60,921 nt of DNA. Source: an uncultured Spirochaetaceae bacterium. GTDB taxonomy: Bacteria; Myxococcota_A; UBA9160; UBA4427. Positions 1 to 9,271 of this stretch are shown here, piece after piece (position 1 is the first letter of the stretch; each line of letters begins with the position of its first letter). The translations under genes and the position numbers were made by a program. The stretch spans positions 1 through 60,921 of the forward strand of contig CAZMFM010000013.1 of assembly GCA_964565565.1 (NCBI GenBank), read 5' to 3'. The notes beneath the pieces were generated by a model that was not told the origin of the DNA, did not search any database, and was given only the letters and a program-made list of their open reading frames with translations.

Positions 1-596
1 GTTCGCCAGGAACCGAGTGGGCGCTCGACCAAATGACCGAGCACCACTAGACCCCCGACGTTGAAGGCCAGATGAAAGGGAAGCCGAGGCATCCCGTGCA
101 GAAAATGCGCCGTCACCGCACGCCAGAATTCGCCACGAGTAAAGAGTTCGGGAACGAAGGCGCCCACCTCTTCGACCATCGGGTCGCGCAATTGGAATCC
201 AGTGCCGAGGACACAGAGCGCCACGGTGGCCCAGGTGACCCAACTCACAGTCGTACGACGGCCAAGTTGATCGACGCTCTCCATTTCACCTAGCCAATGA
301 CGACCATCCGGCCGCTCGGCCAGACGCGCGAGCAAAAGTCGACGCACCTCCCGCGGACCCGTCTCGGGATCGAGAAACCGATTGTTGCGGATCGTATGCA
401 GGCCCGACTTCAAACCGATCAGCAACATCTGATCCGCGAGGTAGACATGCGTCAAGGATTCATAGGGATTCAGAACGGATCGTCTCCGCCCTGCGGATTC
501 GAGAATTCGAAAGCCCGCAGGCTCGAAGACAATCGACCCGCCCGAGGTCAAGCCGATTCGTCGATTCGGAGAAGACTCCTCCCAGGCACTCGCCAT
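1..596 (-). CDS. Rhomboid family intramembrane serine protease (5' part; runs off the window edge)
   Basis: Not in the ORF track because it has no stop inside the window. Manual translation from ATG 596 (in-frame ATGs also at 623/626): MASAWEESS...WVTWATVALCVLG...GEFWRAVTAHFLHGMPRLPFHLAFNVGGLVVLGHLVERPLGSWR, which carries the rhomboid WR and FLH...HLxFN...GxxxER signatures. The catalytic GxSG lies outside the window. Confidence 0.8.
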   Translation of the reverse strand, partial: MASAWEESSPNRRIGLTSGGSIVFEPAGFRILESAGRRRSVLNPYESLTHVYLADQMLLIGLKSGLHTIRNNRFLDPETGPREVRRLLLARLAERPDGRHWLGEMESVDQLGRRTTVSWVTWATVALCVLGTGFQLRDPMVEEVGAFVPELFTRGEFWRAVTAHFLHGMPRLPFHLAFNVGGLVVLGHLVERPLGSWR

Positions 597-745
597 GGAA
601 ATGGACAGGTCATCGGAAGGCATCATCGGATGGTAGCGCTCCGCAGAAGGCCGAAACGACGATGCGGAACCGACCCACGTGGGAAGGTTCCGCATTGTCC
701 AAACATTTTACTCAGGCGAGTTGCTCGGGCCTCTCTCCTGATCGC

Positions 746-2065
746 TCAGTCCTTGACCGAAACCGCAACCGTCGGGAAGACGCGCGAGTAGTAGAGCACG
801 ACGAGCATGAAGATCCCGAAAAATCCCAGAGCAATGCCCACCTGAATCATGCCGAACCAAGAGAGCATGTCGCCCTTGATGACCGACGGCCAGATCAGCA
901 CGTTTCGCTCGAGCCACAAGCCGAAGAGCAGCGTTCCCGCCACTGGACCGGCGATCCACGGCGTCTTCTTCGGGCGTTGGCCCAGCAGGACGAAGAACGG
1001 AATCAGCCAGTTGCAGGCCCAGACGGTCATCGAAACCCAGCCGTAGCCGGTCTGGAGTCGCGCCCATTCGAAGTCCCAATTGGCCCAACTCTTGGCGAAG
1101 GCCGCAGCCGAGTAGCCCTTGTCGATCATGAACTGGTCGCCCAATCGATCGCGCAGGAAGTAGGTCTCTTCCGGCAGGTTGCCGTAATAGATGACCAGAT
1201 ACTGGGACCAGAAGAGGTACATCCAGAAGATCGAGAACGCGAACATCAGCTTGCCGATATCGTGCATGCGTCGCTCGGTGATCTCGCCCTGGAAACCGTC
1301 GACGTTGCGGCTGAATACGCCCGAAAGCGCACAGGCCGCGACGGCGGAGAGGATTCCGCCCCAACAAACGAAGTTCCCGAACAAGTTCGAGAACCAGGCC
1401 TGCTCCATGGACATGACCTGGTCGAAGCTGAAGAAGGCAAAGCCGATTCCGTAGGTCAAGCCGATGAAGGGTGCGATGAACGCGGTTCGCTTCTTCGAGG
1501 CGAGTCGTTCTTCTTCGTCGCCCTTCCATCCCGCCGTCCAGTTCTCGGCCATTCGCTTTGCGAAACCGGAGCCGTTCTCTGCGAGGTTGCGAAGGGTTGG
1601 ACGCGCGGAGGCCTTCAAGAACATCACCGTGAGCAGGCTCATGATGCCGAGCAATCCGATGTCCGTCGCGTAGAACCGGATCGGATTGAGCCAGGCTTCC
1701 TTGCCGTGCATGGCGCCGTTCTTCTGCCAGTCGAAGATGTAGTCACCGCCGAAGATCCCGATGATGCCGAGAATGAGTGCGACCGGGATGAAAGCGGCGA
1801 GCGACTCAGCGAATCGGCGATAGGGACCGGGCCAATAGGCGCCAACAATCGAATAGATCGCGGTCAGTGTGAGTCCACCACAGGCCAACATCGTGAAGAA
1901 GATGAAGTTCGAGTGATAGGCCAACCAGGCCGTTTGCGGGTCCGTCATGATGCCGCCCACAAAGGAGACGACGCCAAGGACCGCGAAGGCGAGACAGATA
2001 TTCGTGAGCGGCTGGGGCAAAACGCCCGGATTCGCGCGCTCGGCAGCCGTTGCTGCGTTGCTCAC
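746..2065 (-). CDS. actF: Alternative complex III subunit F (polytopic membrane protein, ActC paralog)
   Basis: About 10 hydrophobic segments; FDQVMSMEQAWFSNLFG and HDIGKLMFAFSIFWMYLFWSQYLVIYYGNLPEET are typical ActF motifs; last gene of the act cluster. Confidence 0.88.
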   Translation of the reverse strand: MSNAATAAERANPGVLPQPLTNICLAFAVLGVVSFVGGIMTDPQTAWLAYHSNFIFFTMLACGGLTLTAIYSIVGAYWPGPYRRFAESLAAFIPVALILGIIGIFGGDYIFDWQKNGAMHGKEAWLNPIRFYATDIGLLGIMSLLTVMFLKASARPTLRNLAENGSGFAKRMAENWTAGWKGDEEERLASKKRTAFIAPFIGLTYGIGFAFFSFDQVMSMEQAWFSNLFGNFVCWGGILSAVAACALSGVFSRNVDGFQGEITERRMHDIGKLMFAFSIFWMYLFWSQYLVIYYGNLPEETYFLRDRLGDQFMIDKGYSAAAFAKSWANWDFEWARLQTGYGWVSMTVWACNWLIPFFVLLGQRPKKTPWIAGPVAGTLLFGLWLERNVLIWPSVIKGDMLSWFGMIQVGIALGFFGIFMLVVLYYSRVFPTVAVSVKD

Positions 2066-2670
2066 TACCGACCTCCCTGACCGTCGAGGTCACGTAGATA
2101 GTTAACGACATCCCAGCGTCCATCGGGCGAGATGCGCCGATAATTGGGCATCCGGCCCCGACCTAGAGAAATCGTCGTATAGATATGTCCATCCGACAGC
2201 GCCGCGGCCAGGTTGAATCCCAAGGGCGAGCCCGGTCCAATCGGCAAGACACCGGCAATCGGACCGTTGGGCGCGGCGATCGGGCCATCACCGGCACCGG
2301 TCGGTCCATGGCAGACCCGACAATTCACGTTGAACAACGCTTCGCCGTTCTTGAGCGATGGGAGCGTTGCCTTTTGTGGATTCACGAGTGCTTCCTGTTC
2401 TGCAAGCGACAGGAGTGAGGGCACGGCGACATCGCCCCAACCGACAGGAACGGACCCTTCGGGCGGAACGAAAAGCGATACACGATCCTGGTACGGATTG
2501 TCTTCGAAGGCCTGCACGGCAAGCTGCCATTTCATCTGCGGCCACCATTCGACGGACGACTGCTCCCAGCATCCTGTGGATCCGACGAGCACCAACAACA
2601 GTGCTGCGACCCACGGCTTGCACGAGAAAGCGACCCGCGACGGGGCGTTTCGATCAGTGAGAGGCTGCAA
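2065..2670 (-). CDS. actE: Alternative complex III monoheme cytochrome c lipoprotein
   Basis: Lipobox STGC, single CRVCH heme motif, distal ligand region GRGRMPNY, RWDVVNYLR; position between actD and actF. Confidence 0.85.
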   Translation of the reverse strand: MQPLTDRNAPSRVAFSCKPWVAALLLVLVGSTGCWEQSSVEWWPQMKWQLAVQAFEDNPYQDRVSLFVPPEGSVPVGWGDVAVPSLLSLAEQEALVNPQKATLPSLKNGEALFNVNCRVCHGPTGAGDGPIAAPNGPIAGVLPIGPGSPLGFNLAAALSDGHIYTTISLGRGRMPNYRRISPDGRWDVVNYLRDLDGQGGR

Positions 2671-3160
2671 GGGTCACCTCCTTGGCGTTGTTGCCCCGCA
2701 TGAGCGATTCGACCTCGGCCACGTCTCGCTCCTCACAACGAACGACGACACCGAATTCCTCGGCCGAGAAACGCGGGCTGTAGTGATCGTCGAGGGGACG
2801 TGGATAGAGCCCGCCCATGATCAGCAGGCCGAGTACGGTGAGGATACCGCCGAAGAGGATCGTCAACTCGAATCCGATGATCCACATCGGCGGGATGGCA
2901 GCGATGTTCTTGCCGGCGATCTTGATCGGCCAATCCATCGACATCCAGATCTGGATTCCGAATCCGGTCACGACGCCAACCAGGCCACCGACCAGGGTAA
3001 AGAGTCGAACCGGGGAGGGACGCGGGTCTTCGGCCTCTTCGATCTCTTCGAAGGGCGCCGGAGAGTAGGTCGTCAGATCTTCGAAACCGCGTGACTTGAG
3101 TTTTCGCACGACCGTCGAGACATCCGAAGGCATGTCGTACACGCTGACTAACGTTTCCAT
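2654..3160 (-). CDS. actD: Alternative complex III subunit D (DUF3341)
   Basis: YSPAP, two TM helices, WPIKIAGK, FELTIL and YSPRFS motifs; directly follows actC. Confidence 0.88.
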   Translation of the reverse strand: METLVSVYDMPSDVSTVVRKLKSRGFEDLTTYSPAPFEEIEEAEDPRPSPVRLFTLVGGLVGVVTGFGIQIWMSMDWPIKIAGKNIAAIPPMWIIGFELTILFGGILTVLGLLIMGGLYPRPLDDHYSPRFSAEEFGVVVRCEERDVAEVESLMRGNNAKEVTLAASH

Positions 3161-4534
3161 CTAGTGTGCACCTCCCTGCGCATGATCCCGCGCATGGATT
3201 TCTAGTTCCTTCACCTCTGAGATGGCGATGATCGGAAACATCTTGAGGAAGAGCAGGAAGAACATGCTGAACCAGCAGAAACTCCCGGTCAGAACCATGA
3301 GCTCGACCGCGCTCGGAATGTAGAGACCCCACGCGGCCGGCACGAATTCACGGGACAGCGAGGTAATGATGATCACGTAACGCTCGAACCACATGCCCAG
3401 ATTGATGAAGAAAGCCAGCACGAAAAGGAACGGGATATTCGTTCGGAGCTTCTTGATCCAGAGCAATTGCGGCAGCACGACATTGAAGATGATCATGCAC
3501 CAGGTCGAGAACCAATAGGGACCAAAGGCGCGTTGCCAGAAGGAGGTCTGCTCGGGTTCGACACCCGAGTACCAGGCGATGAAATATTCAGCCCCGTAGG
3601 CGTAACCACAGATCAGTGAGGTAAAGAGAATGAACCTCGACATGTTCTCGAAATGGTAGTCCGTGATGTAGCGCTCTAGCCGAAAGATGCGGCGCACCGG
3701 AATCATCACGACCAACACCATCGCGAAGCCACCAAAAATGGCGCCCGCCACGAAGTAGGGTGCGAAGATCGTCGCATGCCAACCGGGCACGATCGACATC
3801 GCAAAGTCCCAGGACACGATCGAGTGGACGGAGAGCACGAGCGGCGTCGCGATTCCCGAGAGATGCAGAACCGTTCGGTTATGCGCCTTCCACTGTTTGC
3901 CAGTTCCCTGCCAACCCGCCGAGAGAACGACGTAGACGGCCTTCTTCCAGCCCACCGCGCGGTCCCGCGCGATCGCGATGTCGGGAATCAATCCGACGAT
4001 GAAGAAGAGCACTGAGATCGTCAGGTAGGTATTGATGGCGAACACGTCCCAAAGGAGCGGGCTCTTGAAGTTGACCCAGAGATACCGTTGATTCGGGTAC
4101 GGGAGCAGGAAGTAGAACTTCCACAACCGGCCGATGTGGATCAGCGGAAAGAGAGCGGCGGTCAAGACGGCGAAGACCGTCATCGTCTCCGCACCACGGT
4201 TGATCGCGTTTCGCCACTTCGCTCGAAAGAGGAAGAGGATGGCCGAAATCAGCGTTCCAGCATGACCGATCCCGATCCAGAAAACGAAGGTAATGATGTA
4301 GACGCCCCAGAAGACGGGCGCCTGATAGCCGGCGACACCGAAACCGTGGTAGGTCTGATAGATCAGGGCCGATAGGGCCATCCCGACTCCGGCCAGGGAG
4401 AACAGGAAGGCGACCAGCCAGGGCCAGTGAAAGCCCTTCGTGACGGCCATGATGTCGACATTGGTCTGCGAATCTCTCGGCCGTGCCGGCGAGTTCATTG
4501 CGTCAGCGATCGCGGAAGCAGGAGGCGGTGCCAT
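3161..4534 (-). CDS. actC: Alternative complex III quinol-binding subunit C (NrfD/PsrC family)
   Basis: FVFWIGIGHAGTLISAIL, HIGRLW, NFKSPLLWDVFA, SVHSIVSWDFA, WHATIFAPYFVAGAIF, GMWFERYVII. Confidence 0.93.
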   Translation of the reverse strand: MAPPPASAIADAMNSPARPRDSQTNVDIMAVTKGFHWPWLVAFLFSLAGVGMALSALIYQTYHGFGVAGYQAPVFWGVYIITFVFWIGIGHAGTLISAILFLFRAKWRNAINRGAETMTVFAVLTAALFPLIHIGRLWKFYFLLPYPNQRYLWVNFKSPLLWDVFAINTYLTISVLFFIVGLIPDIAIARDRAVGWKKAVYVVLSAGWQGTGKQWKAHNRTVLHLSGIATPLVLSVHSIVSWDFAMSIVPGWHATIFAPYFVAGAIFGGFAMVLVVMIPVRRIFRLERYITDYHFENMSRFILFTSLICGYAYGAEYFIAWYSGVEPEQTSFWQRAFGPYWFSTWCMIIFNVVLPQLLWIKKLRTNIPFLFVLAFFINLGMWFERYVIIITSLSREFVPAAWGLYIPSAVELMVLTGSFCWFSMFFLLFLKMFPIIAISEVKELEIHARDHAQGGAH

Positions 4535-7500
4535 TTAGTGAGCCCCCTCGATCTTCTCGCGCCGTACTTGCGCGAGATAGGTAATCGCGGACCGCGTATT
4601 GAGCTCTTGGAGCGCGTGATAGGCGCGATCCTCACCTTGCTTGGCCTGCCGTGCAGCCATACTCGACTCTTCCTTGACGTTTCCAAAAGTAATCGCGTTC
4701 GACGGACAAGCCTGTTGGCAGGCGGTCACGACTTCGCCATCGGCGATGTCCCGACCTTCGTCCTTCGCCGGCTGACGCGCAGTCGCGATTCGCTGGACAC
4801 AGAACGAACATTTCTCCATCACACCCTGGCCACGGACGGTGACGTCAGGATTGAGCATCAAACCGAGCAGCCCAGGCCAGTTGAGCCGGCCGTAGTCGAA
4901 GTAGTTGAAGCGTCGCAGCTTGTAGGGGCAGTTGTTGCCGCAATAGCGCGTACCAACACAACGATTGTAGATCATGCCGTTCAAGCCTTCCGGCGAATGG
5001 TACGTCGCGATGACCGGACAAACGGCTTCGCAAGGCGCCGCGCCACAGTGCTGGCAAAGCATCGGAAGATGCCGAATCTCCGTATGGCCGAGAACCTCGC
5101 GGTCGGGCGTCGGTCGGCGCTCGGACTGAAGCCTCACATCGCCGTCACCCTCGCCCACGTATCGCTCGATTCGCAACCAGGTCATTTCGCGATGGCGAAT
5201 GGCCTGGGTCTCGCCGACGATGGGAACGTTGTTCTCGACATAACATGCCGCGACACAGGCACTACACCCCGTGCACTTATCATTGTCGATCGTCATTCCC
5301 CAGCGATAGGGCTGATCGGGATTCGCGTCGTTGGCGGCATCGAATTCGAAGGGAGGACCATCGAAGTGATGCCCCCCTGCCGCGGCTTCCGCGTGCTCGT
5401 CGCCCGCTGCTGCACCCTCCGCGGCATGTCCGTCAACGGATTCGGAAGCGTATGCCGCGGTGGCGAAATGAGCCATCCCGCCACCCTTCGCCAGATCGAA
5501 GACCGAGACTTCCTGTGCCAACCCGCGCTCGCGCTGATTGTCCGTCCACTGCGAAAGTGCCAACCGACGGAATCGCCCTGTCTTCGTGACCGCCGCGTTC
5601 GTCGCCATGAAGGCCTGTCCGCCCGCTTCGTCGTAGGCGGCTGGAAGGATCGCAGCCACATTCGCGCCTCGGGCGACACCCGGTTGCCCTTTTTCGGCAA
5701 CGCCTTCGGCGTAATCACCCGCCATCGAAGCATAGAAGCCGACGGAATGACCCTGGCCGATCGGAATAGCGATCACGTCGTCGCGAACGCCACCGCGAGG
5801 AAAGGCCGACACCTCGATTGATCCGGAATCTGTCGCGATTGACACGACATCGCCGAATACGACGTCGAGTTCCTTGGCGGTCTTGAAGGAGAGTTCCGCC
5901 CAGGTATTCCATGAAATTTTCGTCACCGGATCCGGAATCTCTTGCAGCCATGGCAGCGCGGCACCGCGACCGTCGCCGAGATAGGAATGCGGGAACGCGA
6001 TGACCGTCAGACCGCCGGAGCCCTGCAGGCGTGCGGCGCTCGGGACCAAACTCCCGGCAGTTCCGGAAACCATCACATCGCGCGTCGGCATCGTTTCGAA
6101 AACACCACCGCGAGCGAGCGCCTGGCGCCAGTTCGTGTCGGACCAATTCGATTCGACAACGCTCTTCCAGCTTCCACTTGGCAGAGCGGCCGTCGCATCG
6201 CCACCCAACGCGCGAGCAACGCCGAGCAGGGTATCGGCGAAGGCCTGGGTATCGAAGAGCGGTCGAATCGTCGGCTGCACCAGGGAACGAACGCCCGGTC
6301 GCGGACTCGCGTCGCCCCAGCTCTCCATCGCCGTATGATCGGGAAGGAGCAGGTTGGCGACTTCGCTGGTTTCATCCGCAAGCGAAGCGAACGAGACGAC
6401 GAGATCGACCTTGGCCAGGGCTTCCTTGAATCCCGCGGATTCTGGAAGTGAATAGACCGGGTTCAAATCGTGAATCATGAGGCACTCGACATTGCCTCGT
6501 TTCATCTCGCGGACGAGCGCGAGTACGTCCTTCAAACTTGCACTCGGCTTGGCATCTTCGACCGGGTAGCTGAGCTCACGGCCGACTGCGCCGACGACGG
6601 CGTTGAGCAGAAGCACTGCGGCGGCGGCGCCAGCGCCTCCGGTTGTCGCAGCAGCCACACCCGGCGGCAGGGCCACGGCACGCTGGGCGGCGGCGATTTT
6701 CTCGACGAGGTGATCGAAGCTGGAGCGTTCGATTCCGGCGGCCTTGATCGCTCCCGCGATGTCGGCGCTTGCGATCGCAGCGCTCGCGACCGTGCTCCCC
6801 TTCTTGTTCGCGACGGCCTTCGCGAGGGCGAGGGCCAGAAGGCCTTCACTGCCCGGGGCAGCGGGAACCCAGTGATCGGCGTTCGAGGCCGTGAGGTTTT
6901 GGCGTGGGCCGATCGCGATCAGGCGAGCGCCGCCATCGGAATGGGCGGCGACATCACGGCTCGCCGAAAATTGCCCAGCATGCTCGGTGGGGGACGTGCC
7001 GGTATCCAGGAAATCGGAGCCGAAGTCGATGATCAGATCGGCTTCGGAAAGGTTGAAGATCGGGACGGCGGAAACACCGAAGACGGATTCGCTGGCCTGG
7101 ATGAGCGCCTGCTGGCCAAATGTGTCGTAGGTCAGTCGACCGGCGATTCCCGCTGCACCGACGAAGGTATCGATCAATCCGTCCAGTGATGGGCCGACCG
7201 GGCCACCGAGAATCCAGGTCTTCGACGCCGAACTGCCGAGCTTGGCGGCCAACTTGTTCTTCGCATCGTCCCAGCTCGTTGCCTGCAGAGAACCGTCACC
7301 GCTGCGCGAAGCCGGCCCTTCGATGCGATCAGGATGATAGGTGCGCCCGATTCCGGCCTGGCCCCTGGCGCAGAGTCGTCCCTGATTGACCGGATGCTCT
7401 GGATTTCCCTCCAGCTTGATCGGGCGACCCTCTCGGGTCTTCACATGCAAGCCGCACGCGGCCGTACACTCCTGACAAGTCGAGGCATAGAGGACAGAAA

Positions 7501-7636
7501 TCCCCGGAGTGATTTCCTCTGGCTGGATCACGTAAGGGATCAGCTTGTCGACGGGATCGCTACAGCCGGCTGCGGCTGCAGCCCCTGCGGAGAGGCCGAC
7601 GATCTTCAGGAAGTCACGACGATCGAGCTCGGACAT
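4535..7636 (-). CDS. actB: Alternative complex III subunit B (molybdopterin-oxidoreductase-like domain fused to an Fe-S domain)
   Basis: Tat signal RRDFLK plus lipobox AAGC; REGRPIKLEGNPEHP; C-terminal CTGCSACVAAC, CQHCGAAPCEAVCP, CVGTRYCGNNCP, CSFC...CQQACP. Confidence 0.93.
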   Translation of the reverse strand: MSELDRRDFLKIVGLSAGAAAAAGCSDPVDKLIPYVIQPEEITPGISVLYASTCQECTAACGLHVKTREGRPIKLEGNPEHPVNQGRLCARGQAGIGRTYHPDRIEGPASRSGDGSLQATSWDDAKNKLAAKLGSSASKTWILGGPVGPSLDGLIDTFVGAAGIAGRLTYDTFGQQALIQASESVFGVSAVPIFNLSEADLIIDFGSDFLDTGTSPTEHAGQFSASRDVAAHSDGGARLIAIGPRQNLTASNADHWVPAAPGSEGLLALALAKAVANKKGSTVASAAIASADIAGAIKAAGIERSSFDHLVEKIAAAQRAVALPPGVAAATTGGAGAAAAVLLLNAVVGAVGRELSYPVEDAKPSASLKDVLALVREMKRGNVECLMIHDLNPVYSLPESAGFKEALAKVDLVVSFASLADETSEVANLLLPDHTAMESWGDASPRPGVRSLVQPTIRPLFDTQAFADTLLGVARALGGDATAALPSGSWKSVVESNWSDTNWRQALARGGVFETMPTRDVMVSGTAGSLVPSAARLQGSGGLTVIAFPHSYLGDGRGAALPWLQEIPDPVTKISWNTWAELSFKTAKELDVVFGDVVSIATDSGSIEVSAFPRGGVRDDVIAIPIGQGHSVGFYASMAGDYAEGVAEKGQPGVARGANVAAILPAAYDEAGGQAFMATNAAVTKTGRFRRLALSQWTDNQRERGLAQEVSVFDLAKGGGMAHFATAAYASESVDGHAAEGAAAGDEHAEAAAGGHHFDGPPFEFDAANDANPDQPYRWGMTIDNDKCTGCSACVAACYVENNVPIVGETQAIRHREMTWLRIERYVGEGDGDVRLQSERRPTPDREVLGHTEIRHLPMLCQHCGAAPCEAVCPVIATYHSPEGLNGMIYNRCVGTRYCGNNCPYKLRRFNYFDYGRLNWPGLLGLMLNPDVTVRGQGVMEKCSFCVQRIATARQPAKDEGRDIADGEVVTACQQACPSNAITFGNVKEESSMAARQAKQGEDRAYHALQELNTRSAITYLAQVRREKIEGAH

Positions 7637-7656
7637 GCAATTTCCCTAATTCTTTG

Positions 7657-7677
7657 GGTTGGGAATGCTTCCCAACC
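7657..7677. other. Perfect 9-bp stem-loop between actA and actB
   Basis: ggttgggaa-tgc-ttcccaacc, just upstream of the actB ribosome-binding region; function unknown. Confidence 0.5.
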
Positions 7678-7802
7678 GTATTCACGAACCCGGAGTTTCT
7701 CGCTGCCGGGCCGAAAAAAAATTCAACTACTTACGACCACCGTGCCGGCGCCGGCCGCCACTCGCGTGGTGTTCGTCATGCTGCGCCAATGAATCTGGGT
7801 CA

Positions 7803-8681
7803 CTAGTAATGACACGTCAGGCAGTCCTGCGAAGCCTGTTGATGATTCTGTCGATGGCAATTGATGCACCAACCCATCTCGAGCTTCGCGACCGGGACGA
7901 GATATCCGATATGCGAATCGGGCACTAGATTGAGTTTGTCGATCTCCTCGACGGGACCATGACAGGTCTGGCATTCGAGGCCGGCCTTGATGTGCCGGTT
8001 GTGCCTGAATTGAACGTATTCGGGAACGCGATGAATCTGGACCCATTCAATCGGCTTCTTCTCTTCCCAATGTTCCTTCAGGATTCGAATGCCTTCGATC
8101 TGGTCGTATTCGAGGGGGAACTGCGAATGGCAGCCCATGCAGACTTCGACGGAGGGAACTCCAGCGGCCTGGGACACGTCAGTACCGGTGTGGCAATAGA
8201 GACAATCGATCTCAAACTCGCCGGCGTGATGTTTGTGACTGAAGGGAATCGGCTGGATTGGTCCCGGAGCCTCCGGATCCCATGCGTTGACAGCGGATTG
8301 GCAGGCACTCGCCGATGGCCAGGGCTTGTCGAACTCAGCCGGGATCTCGATCTCGAGGCTGGGGTCGTCTTCCTGGCGTGCGCGGAGCGCATGCGCGTCG
8401 CAGACGCTCGTTGCGATCAGGACATCGCCCCCGGTAGCGTTGGCTTCACCCGCACTGCCGTCCGGCCAGCCCGACCAGAAAACGAGCGCGAGCGCCACGA
8501 CAACCGTCGTCGAGACGACCAGCAGCGAGCGCGACCGACCACGCGACCGACCAGAGGCGGCGGCGTTCACGGAAGGAGAAGTAGTTGTCGATCGGTTCGT
8601 CTGGTCTGCGGAACCCGTACGCGTTCCGGAGGTCTCGTGACCGTCTTGAAGTTCCAGATGCTCGTTCGTTCGCTCGGGCAT
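7803..8681 (-). CDS. actA: Alternative complex III pentaheme cytochrome c
   Basis: One N-terminal TM helix; QPIPFSHKHHAG; five CxxCH (CLYCH, CMGCH, CQTCH, CINCH, CLTCH); MGWCINCH. Confidence 0.92.
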   Translation of the reverse strand: MPERTNEHLELQDGHETSGTRTGSADQTNRSTTTSPSVNAAASGRSRGRSRSLLVVSTTVVVALALVFWSGWPDGSAGEANATGGDVLIATSVCDAHALRARQEDDPSLEIEIPAEFDKPWPSASACQSAVNAWDPEAPGPIQPIPFSHKHHAGEFEIDCLYCHTGTDVSQAAGVPSVEVCMGCHSQFPLEYDQIEGIRILKEHWEEKKPIEWVQIHRVPEYVQFRHNRHIKAGLECQTCHGPVEEIDKLNLVPDSHIGYLVPVAKLEMGWCINCHRQNHQQASQDCLTCHY

Positions 8682-9271
8682 AGACGAGTTGCGGCCTCAT
8701 TGGCGCACGGCTCAAGACACGGTCGCGCCGAGTCACGATCTCGGAGATCGTCCCGGCCGCGGAGCCACATCTGTCGTGCACGCGTTGCATGATCGCTCTA
8801 CATCGAAGTTCACCGGGCAACACCAAACACCGATTGACCAATTGACCGTTCGACCATTTAAAAAGAAGGCCGAGGGAGCGAAGGTCGTGTGTTGCCAAGA
8901 TCCGACAAAAAGAGATCGGTTCTGCTTGAATTCAATTCGTGAATCAGCCCCTGATCCAAGTGATCGGTAGAGCTTCATCGGTTCGCGCATTTGGTTACAA
9001 CGGCGCCAAATTGACGTCAAGCGGTCGACGCCGAAGTATCCTCGTGAGGACCAACACGAGCGCGCAGCGAATGGTTGCAGCAAGACACCCGACGGCGCAC
9101 CCGGGACAAAACCCTGACAACCCGAATCCCTCGACTTCGAGCCGCTCGAGCCCGCTATGGGCCGGACCCGCTCGATTCAATGCCGGGCCGAAGGCGAGCG
9201 GGACGCCGAATTGATAGGCTGACGAGTCCGCGCGACCGAAGGGGGTCGTGCCGAAATTGGGAGACCCGACG

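Noticed and set aside
662-7189. Long + strand ORFs opposite the act genes (662-2080, 2213-3094, 4427-5821, 6470-7189)
   Set aside because: Antisense shadows of well-supported genes in high-GC DNA; no recognisable motifs.
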